Shown in pieces: positions 8,079-17,673 of a DNA stretch of 39,348 nt (position 1 is its first letter; each line of letters starts with the position of its first letter). Made by a program: the position numbers and the translations under genes. The stretch lies in sequence record SRR33789315_111, one strand, 5' to 3'. Under the pieces are notes generated by a model, which had not been told where the DNA came from, ran no database searches, and saw only the letters and a list, made by a program, of their open reading frames with translations.

Positions 8079-9499
8079 AGGATAAGAAGAACATAGACCG
8101 ACTTTTTCAAGAGAAATTTAAAGATTTTGAGGTGCATCCTGATGAAAAAGTTTGGCAAAACATACTAGAGCGTAAAGAAGAAAAAAAGTTACGTATCATA
8201 CCTCTCTGGATAAAATTATCTGGGGCAGCAGCACTTTTACTACTATTGTTTACAATAAGTAATAACTTATTTCTGAAACCAAATAATAATCAAAATCCTA
8301 TAGTAGAAACAACTTCAGAAAAAGCAATAGAATTGAATAATAATAATACCAATTTTGAAGAAGAAACAAAACCAAGAACAGCCTCTACTACAGATCAAAC
8401 TACTCCGTTAAACAAAGCTACAAGTATTAAGGACAATACGAATAATCAGAACCTTGAAAGTACCGTTGCTGCTACTCCAATTAAAGAAAGAAAAGCAGGC
8501 TCAAGAGCTGAAAATTCAAATATCAATCAGCAGGCAGTAAGCAATACAAATAATAACACAAATACTATAGCCGAGCATAAAGCTATAAATGATAAAACAG
8601 AAGGGCAAGATATAGCCCCAATTATCACACCGCCTTCAGAGACATCAATTAATTCTACTGAAGTTTCTGAAAAAAATACCAAAAAAGAAATTAGCGAGAA
8701 GGAAGAAAAACCATCTATACTTGAGGCAATAGTTGAAAATACAGAAGAAAAATCACAGCTCAAAAAAGAAGAAGCTCCTAAGAAATGGGGTGTTACTCCT
8801 ATGGTAGCTCCCGTTTATTATAATAGTTTTTCAGGCTCTGGTATTGACCCTTTATTTGACGATAATGAAAAACACGGAAAACTCAATTTAAGTTATGGTG
8901 TACAAATAAGCTATGCCATTAGCCCTAAATTAACGATACGATCTGGTATTAATAAAGTGGATTTAAACTACATCACAAACGATATTGCTTTTAATCCGGC
9001 TATAAATGCAAAAAGTATTCGCAGTATTAATTACAAAGACGGATTGGCGGGTATAGAAATAAACGATGCACAAGCAGCTATCCGTTCTGAGGCCTTATTA
9101 TCGACAGAAAATCAAGAGGTAAATGAAACCACTGTTTCTATAGCCAGTGTGAATCAAAAACTGGGTTACCTGGAAATCCCCATAGAAATGCAGTATGCCC
9201 TATTAGATAAAAAATTAGGAATTCAATTTATTGGAGGTATTAGTACTTTATTTCTTGATGCCAATTCTATATCACTTATTGAAGGCGATATGGTAACAGA
9301 ATTAGGCTCGTCAAACAGTCTAAACAGCACTAGTTTGTCAACGAATTTAGGCTTTGGTTTTGATTATAAAATTACCAAAACCATAACTTTTGATCTTGAA
9401 CCTATATTCAAGTATCAACTTAATGCATATAACAAATCAGTACAAGATTTTAAACCATACTATCTCGGTGTTTACACCGGTTTGCGTTTAAATTTCTAG
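8075..9499 (+). CDS. Putative anti-sigma factor with C-terminal outer-membrane beta-barrel
   Basis: Short N-terminal IDRLFQEKF...VWQNI domain, one TM, an N/T/E/K low-complexity linker, then amphipathic strands ending YLGVYTGLRLNF. GTGA overlap with the sigma gene. Confidence 0.75.
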   Translation: MKDKKNIDRLFQEKFKDFEVHPDEKVWQNILERKEEKKLRIIPLWIKLSGAAALLLLLFTISNNLFLKPNNNQNPIVETTSEKAIELNNNNTNFEEETKPRTASTTDQTTPLNKATSIKDNTNNQNLESTVAATPIKERKAGSRAENSNINQQAVSNTNNNTNTIAEHKAINDKTEGQDIAPIITPPSETSINSTEVSEKNTKKEISEKEEKPSILEAIVENTEEKSQLKKEEAPKKWGVTPMVAPVYYNSFSGSGIDPLFDDNEKHGKLNLSYGVQISYAISPKLTIRSGINKVDLNYITNDIAFNPAINAKSIRSINYKDGLAGIEINDAQAAIRSEALLSTENQEVNETTVSIASVNQKLGYLEIPIEMQYALLDKKLGIQFIGGISTLFLDANSISLIEGDMVTELGSSNSLNSTSLSTNLGFGFDYKITKTITFDLEPIFKYQLNAYNKSVQDFKPYYLGVYTGLRLNF

Positions 9500-9531
9500 A
9501 CAAAATATATTTAAAAGGAAAGTATTTAAGA

Positions 9532-9563
9532 TTAGGTTAGTTTTTTAGTTGGTTAGGTTAGTT
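9532..9563 (+). repeat. TTAG-rich repeat; direct repeat TTAGGTTAGTT x2
   Basis: Copies at 9532-9542 and 9553-9563. Five TTAG units in 30 nt. Confidence 0.8.
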
Positions 9564-9583
9564 ATTGCATTCGCAATGATGAG

Positions 9584-9610
9584 GAAAAGCCACCCATTGG
9601 GTGGTTTTTC
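9584..9610. terminator. Bidirectional intrinsic terminator between the ECF operon and plsC
   Basis: GAAAAGCCACCCA-T-TGGGTGGTTTTTC between convergent genes. Confidence 0.85.
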
Positions 9611-9618
9611 TGTTTTAT

Positions 9619-10362
9619 TTATTTTTTATTTTTGTTAGTTATAAGTTTATTATAGATCAGATCATAGGCCTCTTTAATGATTACTTTTCGATCTAGATTG
9701 GGTGAAGTAGTTTCAATGAATGGAAGAACATCCACTCGCATTTGTCCAGGAGATCCGCTAAAAAAGGTATATGAAAAGCGCTCTTTATTATCGTAGAAAA
9801 CCAAAGGAACAATAGGGGTTTTTTGATTTATCGCTAACCGAAAGGCGCCATCCTTAAATCTATCCAGCACAATAGTTTTATCATCTGGAACGCCACCTTC
9901 TGGGAAAATACAAATACTCAAACCGCGATCTAACCTTTCCTGTGCACTTTTATATACAGCATGTCTGCTTCTGGTGTTGCTTCTATCTACGAGAATACAT
10001 GTCCTTTTATAGAAAAATCCAAATATGGGAATTTTAGCCAACTCCTTTTTTCCTACAAACACAAAAGGATTGTTTACCGTATGTAGCATAAGCATAATAT
10101 CTGCTATAGATGTATGATTAGAAATAAACATATAACTCTTACCCTTTTCGATTTTTTGATAACGCTTAACTTTGGGCCAAAAACCCATACCATACAAGAT
10201 AATTCGGGCCCAAACCTGTGCTAATCTGTAGAAAAAAGGATACAAACTCTCTTTAGCAACTGAAATCAATAATACCGGAAACATAATGATTATGGGCACG
10301 ACCAAAAGGAGGTAAAACCAAATACGCCAAAGTAGCGTTAAGATGTTGCGAAAAAAATTCAT
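9619..10362 (-). CDS. plsC: 1-acyl-sn-glycerol-3-phosphate acyltransferase
   Basis: NHTSIAD (HxxxxD), FPEGG and FKDGAF. Start moved to MNFFRNIL because a TATTTTTG -7 element lies at 10387-10394. Confidence 0.85.
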   Translation of the reverse strand: MNFFRNILTLLWRIWFYLLLVVPIIIMFPVLLISVAKESLYPFFYRLAQVWARIILYGMGFWPKVKRYQKIEKGKSYMFISNHTSIADIMLMLHTVNNPFVFVGKKELAKIPIFGFFYKRTCILVDRSNTRSRHAVYKSAQERLDRGLSICIFPEGGVPDDKTIVLDRFKDGAFRLAINQKTPIVPLVFYDNKERFSYTFFSGSPGQMRVDVLPFIETTSPNLDRKVIIKEAYDLIYNKLITNKNKK

Positions 10363-10455
10363 TAAGCCTTCATTCCTGTTTACGCTCAAAAATAGGTAAA
10401 TTAAAAGGAGGCAATACATCAAAAAAATTAACTTTACGCCAAATTTTTAACTACC

Positions 10456-11424
10456 ATGTCAAGAATATTGACCGGTGTACAAAGTACCGGAACTCCACAT
10501 TTAGGCAATTTATTAGGTGCGATCATCCCTGCTATTAAGATGGCTAACGAGCCTACGAATGAGGCTTTTCTATTTATTGCAGATTTGCATTCTCTTACGC
10601 AGATTAAAGACGGCGCTCAATTGCGTGAAAACACATACTCAACTGCCGCTGTATGGCTCGCGTGCGGTCTAGATATTGAAAAAACTGTTTTTTACAGACA
10701 AAGCGATGTGCCGCAAACAACAGAACTTACTTGGTATTTAAGCTGTTTTTTTCCATATCAACGTATGACGCTTGCGCATAGCTTTAAAGATAAAGCAGAT
10801 CGACTAGAAGATGTTAACGCGGGGCTTTTTACTTATCCTATGTTGATGGCAGCAGATATTCTTTTATATGATGCAGAGATTGTACCTGTGGGAAAAGATC
10901 AAAGCCAACATCTAGAAATGACACGTGATGTTGCTTCGCGATTTCATGCGCAAATGGGTGAAACTTTTGTTATACCCGAAGTAAAACTAAATGAGGCCAC
11001 CATGTATGTTCCAGGAACAGATGGCGGAAAAATGAGTAAGAGTAAGGGAAATACCATAAACATCTTTCAAACAGATAAAAAACTGCGCAAGGAAATTATG
11101 AGTATCGCAACAGATAGCACACCACTTGAGGAACCTAAAAATCCAGATACGTGTACTGTTTTTGCTTTATATACACTGCTGGCTTCTGCCGAAGAAATTG
11201 TAGAAATGCGTGCTAATTATGAAAAAGGAGGCTATGGATATGGTCATGCTAAAATGGCTTTATTTGAAAAGATAAAAGCTAGTTTTACTGAAGAACGCGC
11301 TCTTTATGAACACTATATAAATAACTTACCCGAAATAGACGCTGCCTTAAAACTGGGTGCGGAAAAAGCTAGCTTAGTAGCAAATGAAGTGCTAAAACGG
11401 GTGCGTGCTAAACTAGGTTATTAA
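10456..11424 (+). CDS. trpS: Tryptophan--tRNA ligase
   Basis: HLGN (HIGH-like), KMSKS, YPMLMAADILLY and VPVGKDQ. Confidence 0.97.
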   Translation: MSRILTGVQSTGTPHLGNLLGAIIPAIKMANEPTNEAFLFIADLHSLTQIKDGAQLRENTYSTAAVWLACGLDIEKTVFYRQSDVPQTTELTWYLSCFFPYQRMTLAHSFKDKADRLEDVNAGLFTYPMLMAADILLYDAEIVPVGKDQSQHLEMTRDVASRFHAQMGETFVIPEVKLNEATMYVPGTDGGKMSKSKGNTINIFQTDKKLRKEIMSIATDSTPLEEPKNPDTCTVFALYTLLASAEEIVEMRANYEKGGYGYGHAKMALFEKIKASFTEERALYEHYINNLPEIDAALKLGAEKASLVANEVLKRVRAKLGY

Positions 11425-12521
11425 AGCAACTCAAACTGCTTACCGGGTAATGGTCTAAGTAAACCTTTTAACTCCATTGCGATTAAAAGCCCTGCGAGTT
11501 TATAGGTTGGCATCTCACAAGCAAGAGATATGGTATCAATATGTTCTTTTTCATGAGCATTTAAATAATTCCATATTTTTTGCTCATCAGTGGTAAGTTC
11601 TACAAACAATTTACGCTGTATGGGTTTGGGTTTTTCTTCTGTCATCCAATTGAGCATATACACGAGATCTGCCGCATCTGTAAGCATCTGCGCCTTTTGG
11701 GTTTTGATTAAAACATTACAACCCTTGCTCTGACTATCATTATATCTTCCGGGCACAGCAAAAACTTCCCTGTTATATGAATTGGCAATTTCGGCTGTAA
11801 CAAGAGACCCACCTCGATCTGCACTTTCAATTACAATAGTGGCTTCACTAAGTCCGGCAATAATCCTATTTCTTCTTAAAAAATTTGTTCTATCAAAGGT
11901 ATCTGTACTCCAAAAATCTGTCACAAAACCTCCATGCGTTTCTAACTGTTCTTTGTATTTGGCATGTGTTTTAGGATAAATTTGGTTGAGACCGTGAGCC
12001 ATAACCGCTACCGTTTGTAAGCCGTGATCTATCGCCGCACGATGGGCAGCGATATCTACCCCATAGGCAAATCCTGAAACAATAATAGGATTAAGTGGCG
12101 CGAGTTGTTCTATTAATTGTTTGGTAAAATCTACCCCTTGTGTGGTTACTTTTCGGGTTCCTACTATAGAAACTATTCTAGGGTTATTCCAATTGATATT
12201 TCCCCTATGAAATAAAACCACGGGACCATCTAGACATTGTTTTAAGGCTTCGGGATAATGAGCTTGCATAAATCCAGTACACTCAATGCCATTGTTTTGA
12301 ATAAAATCTAATTCGGTTTTAGCTTCAGCAAAAAAAGCAGGGTTGTTAAACTCTTTCAACTTAAAGGTTCCTATCCCATCAATCTGTAATAAATCACTTT
12401 TCTTTGCCTGTAAAACATCGGCAGCGCTACCCATACTATTTATGAGCTTCTTAATAGAAGTATCCCCTAAATTAGGAATGCGTTTTAGTGTAAGTAAGGA
12501 AAGTAGTTCGTTTTCAGTCAC
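11421..12521 (-). CDS. dprA: DNA-processing protein DprA/Smf
   Basis: SIVGTR, IVSGFAYGVDIAAH, FLRRNRIIAGLS, GGSLVTA and FAVPG, plus a C-terminal winged helix. GTG start at 12521 assumed. Confidence 0.95.
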   Translation of the reverse strand: MTENELLSLLTLKRIPNLGDTSIKKLINSMGSAADVLQAKKSDLLQIDGIGTFKLKEFNNPAFFAEAKTELDFIQNNGIECTGFMQAHYPEALKQCLDGPVVLFHRGNINWNNPRIVSIVGTRKVTTQGVDFTKQLIEQLAPLNPIIVSGFAYGVDIAAHRAAIDHGLQTVAVMAHGLNQIYPKTHAKYKEQLETHGGFVTDFWSTDTFDRTNFLRRNRIIAGLSEATIVIESADRGGSLVTAEIANSYNREVFAVPGRYNDSQSKGCNVLIKTQKAQMLTDAADLVYMLNWMTEEKPKPIQRKLFVELTTDEQKIWNYLNAHEKEHIDTISLACEMPTYKLAGLLIAMELKGLLRPLPGKQFELL

Positions 12522-12612
12522 GTGCAAAAGGTCTAATATAGCACAATGTAATTTGTTAATAAAAAGATAACCACTAAAAAGGGTTCCGAATAAATTTTTT
12601 TATTTTTACAAT

Positions 12613-13545
12613 ATGCAATTAGAAACGTACATCAGTGAGCTTTTATACAGATACGAGTGTGTTACCGTACCTGAGTTTGGTGCTTTTCTCTCGCATCAGA
12701 TACCCGCAAAACTGGACACTACTAGTCAAGTTCTTTATCCGCCGTCAAAACGTTTATCGTTTAACAGGCAACTAAGTAAAAATGATGGGTTACTCTGTAA
12801 TTATATTTCTCAAGCTGAAGAAATCTCTTATCCGGATGCTTTAAAGAAAGTACACGCCTATAGCGAATATCTTAACTCGACTCTTGAACAGGTTAAAACG
12901 CTTCATCTTGTTGGATTAGGGGCGCTACAAAACAATGATAGTAAAATTTCATTTGAGCCAGAGACTACTATAAATTATTTAACGACTTCTTTTGGGCTTG
13001 ATTCTATTGGAGTTACGCCAGTAATGCGCGAAGTATATAAATCGCAAGCAGAATCTATCGAAGAAAATACACCATTGCTTATCACCACAGAAAAAAGGAG
13101 TCTTCCTGTCTGGGTGCGATATGCAGCTATTGGTCTAATCGCAATAGGGGTATCTGGTCTTTTAGGGTATCGTCACGTTAAGAATGTGGAAGCCTATAAT
13201 GTAGCGGCTAAGCAAGAAGCTGAAACACTACTTCAAAACAAGATTCAAGCTGCCACCTTTACGATTAGCAATCCGCTTCCTGCTATTCATTTAAAAGCAA
13301 GTAAGCCCAACGGAAAATATCATATAATCGCTGGCGCTTTTCGTGTTGCTGAAAATGCAGAAAAGAAAGTAGCTCAATTACGGGCAAAAGGATATAAATC
13401 AAGACAAATAGGTCAAAACAAATACGGATTGCATCAAGTAGTTTACGGCAGTTTTACCGAAGCTTCTCAAGCTTTGGAAGTACTTCGCAGTGTTCGCAAA
13501 AATGATGACCGTGAAGCTTGGATGCTCATCCAAGAGTTAGATTAA
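12613..13545 (+). CDS. HU-like (CCDC81-type) N-terminal domain / TM / SPOR domain protein
   Basis: ISELLYRYECVTVPEFGAF and NDGLL N-terminus, TM at YAAIGLIAIGVSGLLG, SPOR YHIIAGAFRVAENA...AWML. Confidence 0.8.
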   Translation: MQLETYISELLYRYECVTVPEFGAFLSHQIPAKLDTTSQVLYPPSKRLSFNRQLSKNDGLLCNYISQAEEISYPDALKKVHAYSEYLNSTLEQVKTLHLVGLGALQNNDSKISFEPETTINYLTTSFGLDSIGVTPVMREVYKSQAESIEENTPLLITTEKRSLPVWVRYAAIGLIAIGVSGLLGYRHVKNVEAYNVAAKQEAETLLQNKIQAATFTISNPLPAIHLKASKPNGKYHIIAGAFRVAENAEKKVAQLRAKGYKSRQIGQNKYGLHQVVYGSFTEASQALEVLRSVRKNDDREAWMLIQELD

Positions 13546-13602
13546 CTTTATTACACAATCAAGCCCAAAAAAATTATTCCTTACCTTGCGCCTTCATTAA
13601 AA

Positions 13603-14118
13603 ATGAATATGCAAAGCAAGACACCTTCAGATTCAAGAGCTATTCAAGCTGATATTGTATTACCTAACGAAACCAATCCGCTGAATAATATGTTTGGAGG
13701 CGAATTACTCGCCCGTATGGATCGGGTAGCCAGTATAGCAGCTCGTAGACATTCTAAATGCATTGTCGTAACTGCTTCTGTAAATCAGGTCGCCTTTAAT
13801 CACCCCATTCCACTAGGAAGCATTGTGACTGTTGAGGCTTCAATAAGCCGTGCTTTTAGAACTTCTATGGAAGTCGTTATAGATGTTTGGGTTGAAAATA
13901 CCGCCAATAGTGAACGATTACTTGCAGATAGTGCTATCTATACTTTTGTAGCAGTAGATGATGATGGGAAACCAACCGCTATTCCGCAAATTAAACCTGA
14001 AACTCCTCTTGAAATAGAACGGTATGAAGCAGCTTTACGTAGAAAACAACTCAGCCTGGTTTTAGCTGGAAAAATGAAGCCTCAAGATGCAACAGAGCTT
14101 AAGGCTTTATTTCAATAG
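13603..14118 (+). CDS. Acyl-CoA thioesterase (hotdog fold, YciA-like)
   Basis: PNETNPLNNMFGGELLARMD, VVTAS, TSMEV and TFVAVD. Confidence 0.9.
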   Translation: MNMQSKTPSDSRAIQADIVLPNETNPLNNMFGGELLARMDRVASIAARRHSKCIVVTASVNQVAFNHPIPLGSIVTVEASISRAFRTSMEVVIDVWVENTANSERLLADSAIYTFVAVDDDGKPTAIPQIKPETPLEIERYEAALRRKQLSLVLAGKMKPQDATELKALFQ

Positions 14119-14133
14119 CTAACAAAACTATAT

Positions 14134-15555
14134 TTAGTCTCTATAATTTAAAGCGGGTTTTCTATCTCCCAGCATGGGTATATATTTGAAGTCTAGGCCT
14201 CTTTTTTCTAAAAACTCTGCTTTGGCAGCTTTTACAAGTTCAGGATTATCTATTAAATCGATACCGGTAAGTGCAATAGTTTTTGCAGCTACTAACATAC
14301 CTTTCTCACCTATACTCATTCCACCAGCAGCGACAGCTTGCCAACTGTGTGCAGATGTTCCAGGCACCCAAGTAGCAGCAGACATTCCTACAGTAGGAAT
14401 TGTAAAACTCACATCACCCACATCTGTAGATCCTCCAGCATGTGGATAAGGATCATATGCCGCAACTCCTTCTACAGTTTCTACACTTAATGGCATATTT
14501 AGCGTTTTTGATATTGCAAGTGCAAATTCTTTCTCTTCTGGTGTATAGGTATATCCTCCTACTTGCACCAAATTATCATACATTAGTTTTTGAAGTGTTA
14601 GATTAGGTAACAGTTCGTGTGTCCCACCTATCATTTCATACTCCATTGTAGTGTCTGTCCCAAGGGCAGCACCTTTTGCTGCATTTACCATTCTATCAAA
14701 AATAGCAATTACCTCATCCCGCTCTGGGTGACGTGCATAATAATATACTTCGGCAAAATCAGGAACCACATTAGGTGCTTTACCACCATCTGTGATGACA
14801 TAATGTATTCTAGCTTCCATCGAGATATGTTCACGCATCATATTAACCATGTAATTCATTGCTTCTACAGCATCTAGGGCAGATCTTCCTTTTTCTGGAG
14901 CAGCAGCGGCGTGAGCAGAAATTCCATGAAAACGAAATTTTGCCGATTTATTGGCCAAAGCAGCTCCCGGATTAGCAGCATTTCTATTACCTGGATGCCA
15001 GTTAAGCGCTATATCTACATCGTCAAACATTCCTTCTCGAGTGAGGTATACTTTTCCAGACCCACCTTCTTCTGCGGGGCAACCATAAAACTTAATGGTA
15101 CCTGATTTTCCAGTTTCCTTTAAATAATCTTTAAGCGCAATAGCTGCAGCGGCAGAAGCTGTACCAAAAAGATGATGACCACAAGCATGTCCCGCTACGC
15201 CACCATTAGATTCTTTATACGGAACGGCTTTTTGTGACAACCCGGGTAGTGCGTCATACTCTCCCAAAATAGCAATCACTGGAGCACCTGATCCATAAGT
15301 TGCAACAAACGCCGTTGGCATTCCTGCCACTCCCTTTTCTAAAGCAAAACCTTCTTTAGAAAGCGTGTTTTGCAATAATGCTACGCTCTTTTCTTCTTTA
15401 TAACCCATTTCAGCATAAGACCATATGGTATGGGCTATTTCGCCATAGGCAGCAGCTTTTTTATCTAATTTCTGAATAACTTTTTCTTTGGATGATTGGG
15501 CGAAAATGGATACCGCACCAAACAGTAGGCAAGTAATTAGGGTGATTTTTTTCAT
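14134..15555 (-). CDS. M20 family amidohydrolase (AbgB-like) with signal peptide
   Basis: EYDALPG, HACGHH, PAEEG, WHP and GSTDVGDVS. N-terminus MKKITLITCLLFGAVSIFAQ. Confidence 0.85.
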   Translation of the reverse strand: MKKITLITCLLFGAVSIFAQSSKEKVIQKLDKKAAAYGEIAHTIWSYAEMGYKEEKSVALLQNTLSKEGFALEKGVAGMPTAFVATYGSGAPVIAILGEYDALPGLSQKAVPYKESNGGVAGHACGHHLFGTASAAAAIALKDYLKETGKSGTIKFYGCPAEEGGSGKVYLTREGMFDDVDIALNWHPGNRNAANPGAALANKSAKFRFHGISAHAAAAPEKGRSALDAVEAMNYMVNMMREHISMEARIHYVITDGGKAPNVVPDFAEVYYYARHPERDEVIAIFDRMVNAAKGAALGTDTTMEYEMIGGTHELLPNLTLQKLMYDNLVQVGGYTYTPEEKEFALAISKTLNMPLSVETVEGVAAYDPYPHAGGSTDVGDVSFTIPTVGMSAATWVPGTSAHSWQAVAAGGMSIGEKGMLVAAKTIALTGIDLIDNPELVKAAKAEFLEKRGLDFKYIPMLGDRKPALNYRD

Positions 15556-15655
15556 AATGTAAAAGGATCTTGTTGGGGATTTAATTTACTCAAGAATTGA
15601 GTGGATTAAAGTTAGGGTATTTTTAAACAAACGCCCTGTTACAAGACTCTAGAAA

Positions 15656-16897
15656 TTACATATTGTAGATCCAGGTTTCTGGATTTTGGCGTTCTCTATC
15701 TTTATATACCAAGAATTTAAGAATGGTTTTACCGCTAAACGGGTTCACAGCTATTTCTCCTATTTCCTGTTTAGAATCAACTTCTTGGTTCATATGAACC
15801 TTAAGGTTTTTTAAATTTTGGTAAACCGTGATATAATTTCCATGCCGAATATAAACAGCCTTATTAGCACCTGGCAAACCCTGAATTTCAAATACGGTTC
15901 CTTTAAAAGCCGCTCTAGCCATACTACCAGGTTCGGTCTCTATTTCTACTCCGCTATTATACGTAGTAATATTGGCTAAAGTAGGATGCTTTGAGGTGCC
16001 AAAATGATTGTACACCCGACCAGTTTGTACGGGCCATGGCAATTTACCTTTATTAGATACAAAATCATCTGCAAGGGCTTTTGCTTCGGCAGTAAGCGCA
16101 AATTTGGTTGAGGAGGTTTTAGTATCAGTAGCTCCTGATTTTTTATTTGCCGCGGCAATGGCTTCACGAATAATACGGTCTATTTCTTTATCTAACTTAT
16201 CTGCCTCTTTTTGCTTTTCCTTTATTTGACCAGCGTAGGTACCTTCCTTTTCTTTAATGGTTGCAATTAAAGCATCTTGCTGTACCTTTTCTTCTTCTAA
16301 CTTTTCCTTTTCTTCCTTATTAGCGGCAATAAGAGTTACCTTTTCTTTTTTCTGAACCAGTAACTGATCATTTGTCTCTTTAATTAAAGCTACGCGTTCT
16401 TCTATTTGTTTTCCTTGCTTCTTACGGTAATTGCTGTACTGTTTGAGGTATTGCACCCGCTTATAAGCCTGGAGAAAACTTTCAGAGGATAACAAAAACA
16501 TGATTCGGCTCTGATTGCTTTTGCTTTTGTAAGATTTCTGAATTAATGCGGCATAATCTGATTTGAGTTTTTTTAACTCATTGCGTAAATCTGTAAGCTT
16601 ATTGATATTTTTATTGATTTGGCTGGTTAAAAGACTAGCCTGATCATTTGTTATTTTAATTAAATCTTCACGCGCCTTAATTTTGTCTTTTAAATCTTTA
16701 ACATCATTTAAAATGTTTATTTCCTTAGCCTTATTACTCTTTCTCAGTTTATTGATTTGAGCTATTTGCTCCATCAACAATTGCCTTTTTTTCTCTAATT
16801 CTTTCTGCTTAGTACTTTGCCCATATAGGGAACTTATACTAAATAGGACTAGTAAGAGAAGTGGAAATATGGATTTAAAATTCGTCTTTTTTGGCAT
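15656..16897 (-). CDS. envC: Murein hydrolase activator EnvC (degenerate M23)
   Basis: Signal peptide, long coiled coil, KGKLPWPV. The M23 domain lacks the Zn ligands (YNSGVEI, VYQNL). Confidence 0.82.
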   Translation of the reverse strand: MPKKTNFKSIFPLLLLVLFSISSLYGQSTKQKELEKKRQLLMEQIAQINKLRKSNKAKEINILNDVKDLKDKIKAREDLIKITNDQASLLTSQINKNINKLTDLRNELKKLKSDYAALIQKSYKSKSNQSRIMFLLSSESFLQAYKRVQYLKQYSNYRKKQGKQIEERVALIKETNDQLLVQKKEKVTLIAANKEEKEKLEEEKVQQDALIATIKEKEGTYAGQIKEKQKEADKLDKEIDRIIREAIAAANKKSGATDTKTSSTKFALTAEAKALADDFVSNKGKLPWPVQTGRVYNHFGTSKHPTLANITTYNSGVEIETEPGSMARAAFKGTVFEIQGLPGANKAVYIRHGNYITVYQNLKNLKVHMNQEVDSKQEIGEIAVNPFSGKTILKFLVYKDRERQNPETWIYNM

Positions 16898-17673
16898 TAA
16901 AGCGTGATTTTTTTATAGCCTTCAGGTATGCTGAAAGGAAAACTTACAGGAACATTAAATTCTAGCGATCTATACTCAATATCTATAGCCGTTTGCTTGT
17001 TTTTTTCTACTGCGTTTAAGGCTATTTTATTAGGTAACATACCTTCTTGCACTTGTTCATAGTCTGAATAAGTGACGGTAAGTTCTCGTCCTTCTGCTTC
17101 TTGGGATATGCGCTGCTGTTGCAATGTAAATGCCGGATTTAAATAAAAAAAGAGGTTAAATAATTTTTGTTGTTTCTTGGGAACCATAATGTAGTTCTCT
17201 GGGGTTGTTTTGGTTTCAAAAGCAAATGCATCTAAGGTATTTATGGGTTGTCCTAATAAAATAGCCTCAAGTTGTTTATAGGTAAGATCTGCTCCAAGAA
17301 ATTTACTGATTAATTGATAATCTCCATCAAAATAAGTTCTGCTTATCTTCTCATAATATTGAACACGTTCTGGAGTTATTTTTGCTTTAGCAAGTGAAAT
17401 ACCTAAAATAGAAGCGCTAAGCCAAATAGTCTTGTCTTTTTCTAACCGAAGGCTTACACCTACATTCTGTGACATTTTCCCATCATCATACTTGACTTTT
17501 AGTCTAGAAACCATCGTTTCAAAATTTGGACTAAGTGCATAGTGATTCTTGACAATATTTGCTGTCTCTATATCTGCCGCAGTCGGCCCTTTTACTGCTT
17601 TAGAACTTTTACAACCTACTAGTGTTGCCAGAAGCATTAAAACTAAACCTAACTTGTATATATATCCTTTCAT
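16897..17673 (-). CDS. DUF4292 lipoprotein (LolB-like in Bacteroidota)
   Basis: Lipobox LVGC, IWLSA and YFDGDY...L+A+LLG pattern, position between TPR and envC. Confidence 0.7.
   Translation of the reverse strand: MKGYIYKLGLVLMLLATLVGCKSSKAVKGPTAADIETANIVKNHYALSPNFETMVSRLKVKYDDGKMSQNVGVSLRLEKDKTIWLSASILGISLAKAKITPERVQYYEKISRTYFDGDYQLISKFLGADLTYKQLEAILLGQPINTLDAFAFETKTTPENYIMVPKKQQKLFNLFFYLNPAFTLQQQRISQEAEGRELTVTYSDYEQVQEGMLPNKIALNAVEKNKQTAIDIEYRSLEFNVPVSFPFSIPEGYKKITL

Noticed and set aside
8270-8780. Low-complexity AAT/GAA-rich stretch as a repeat array
   Set aside because: It is the coding disordered linker of the anti-sigma factor; no regular repeat unit or spacers.
9532-9563. TTAGG repeats as telomere-like or CRISPR sequence
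   Set aside because: Only ~30 nt, irregular, with no spacers or cas genes; reported instead as an sRNA-like element.
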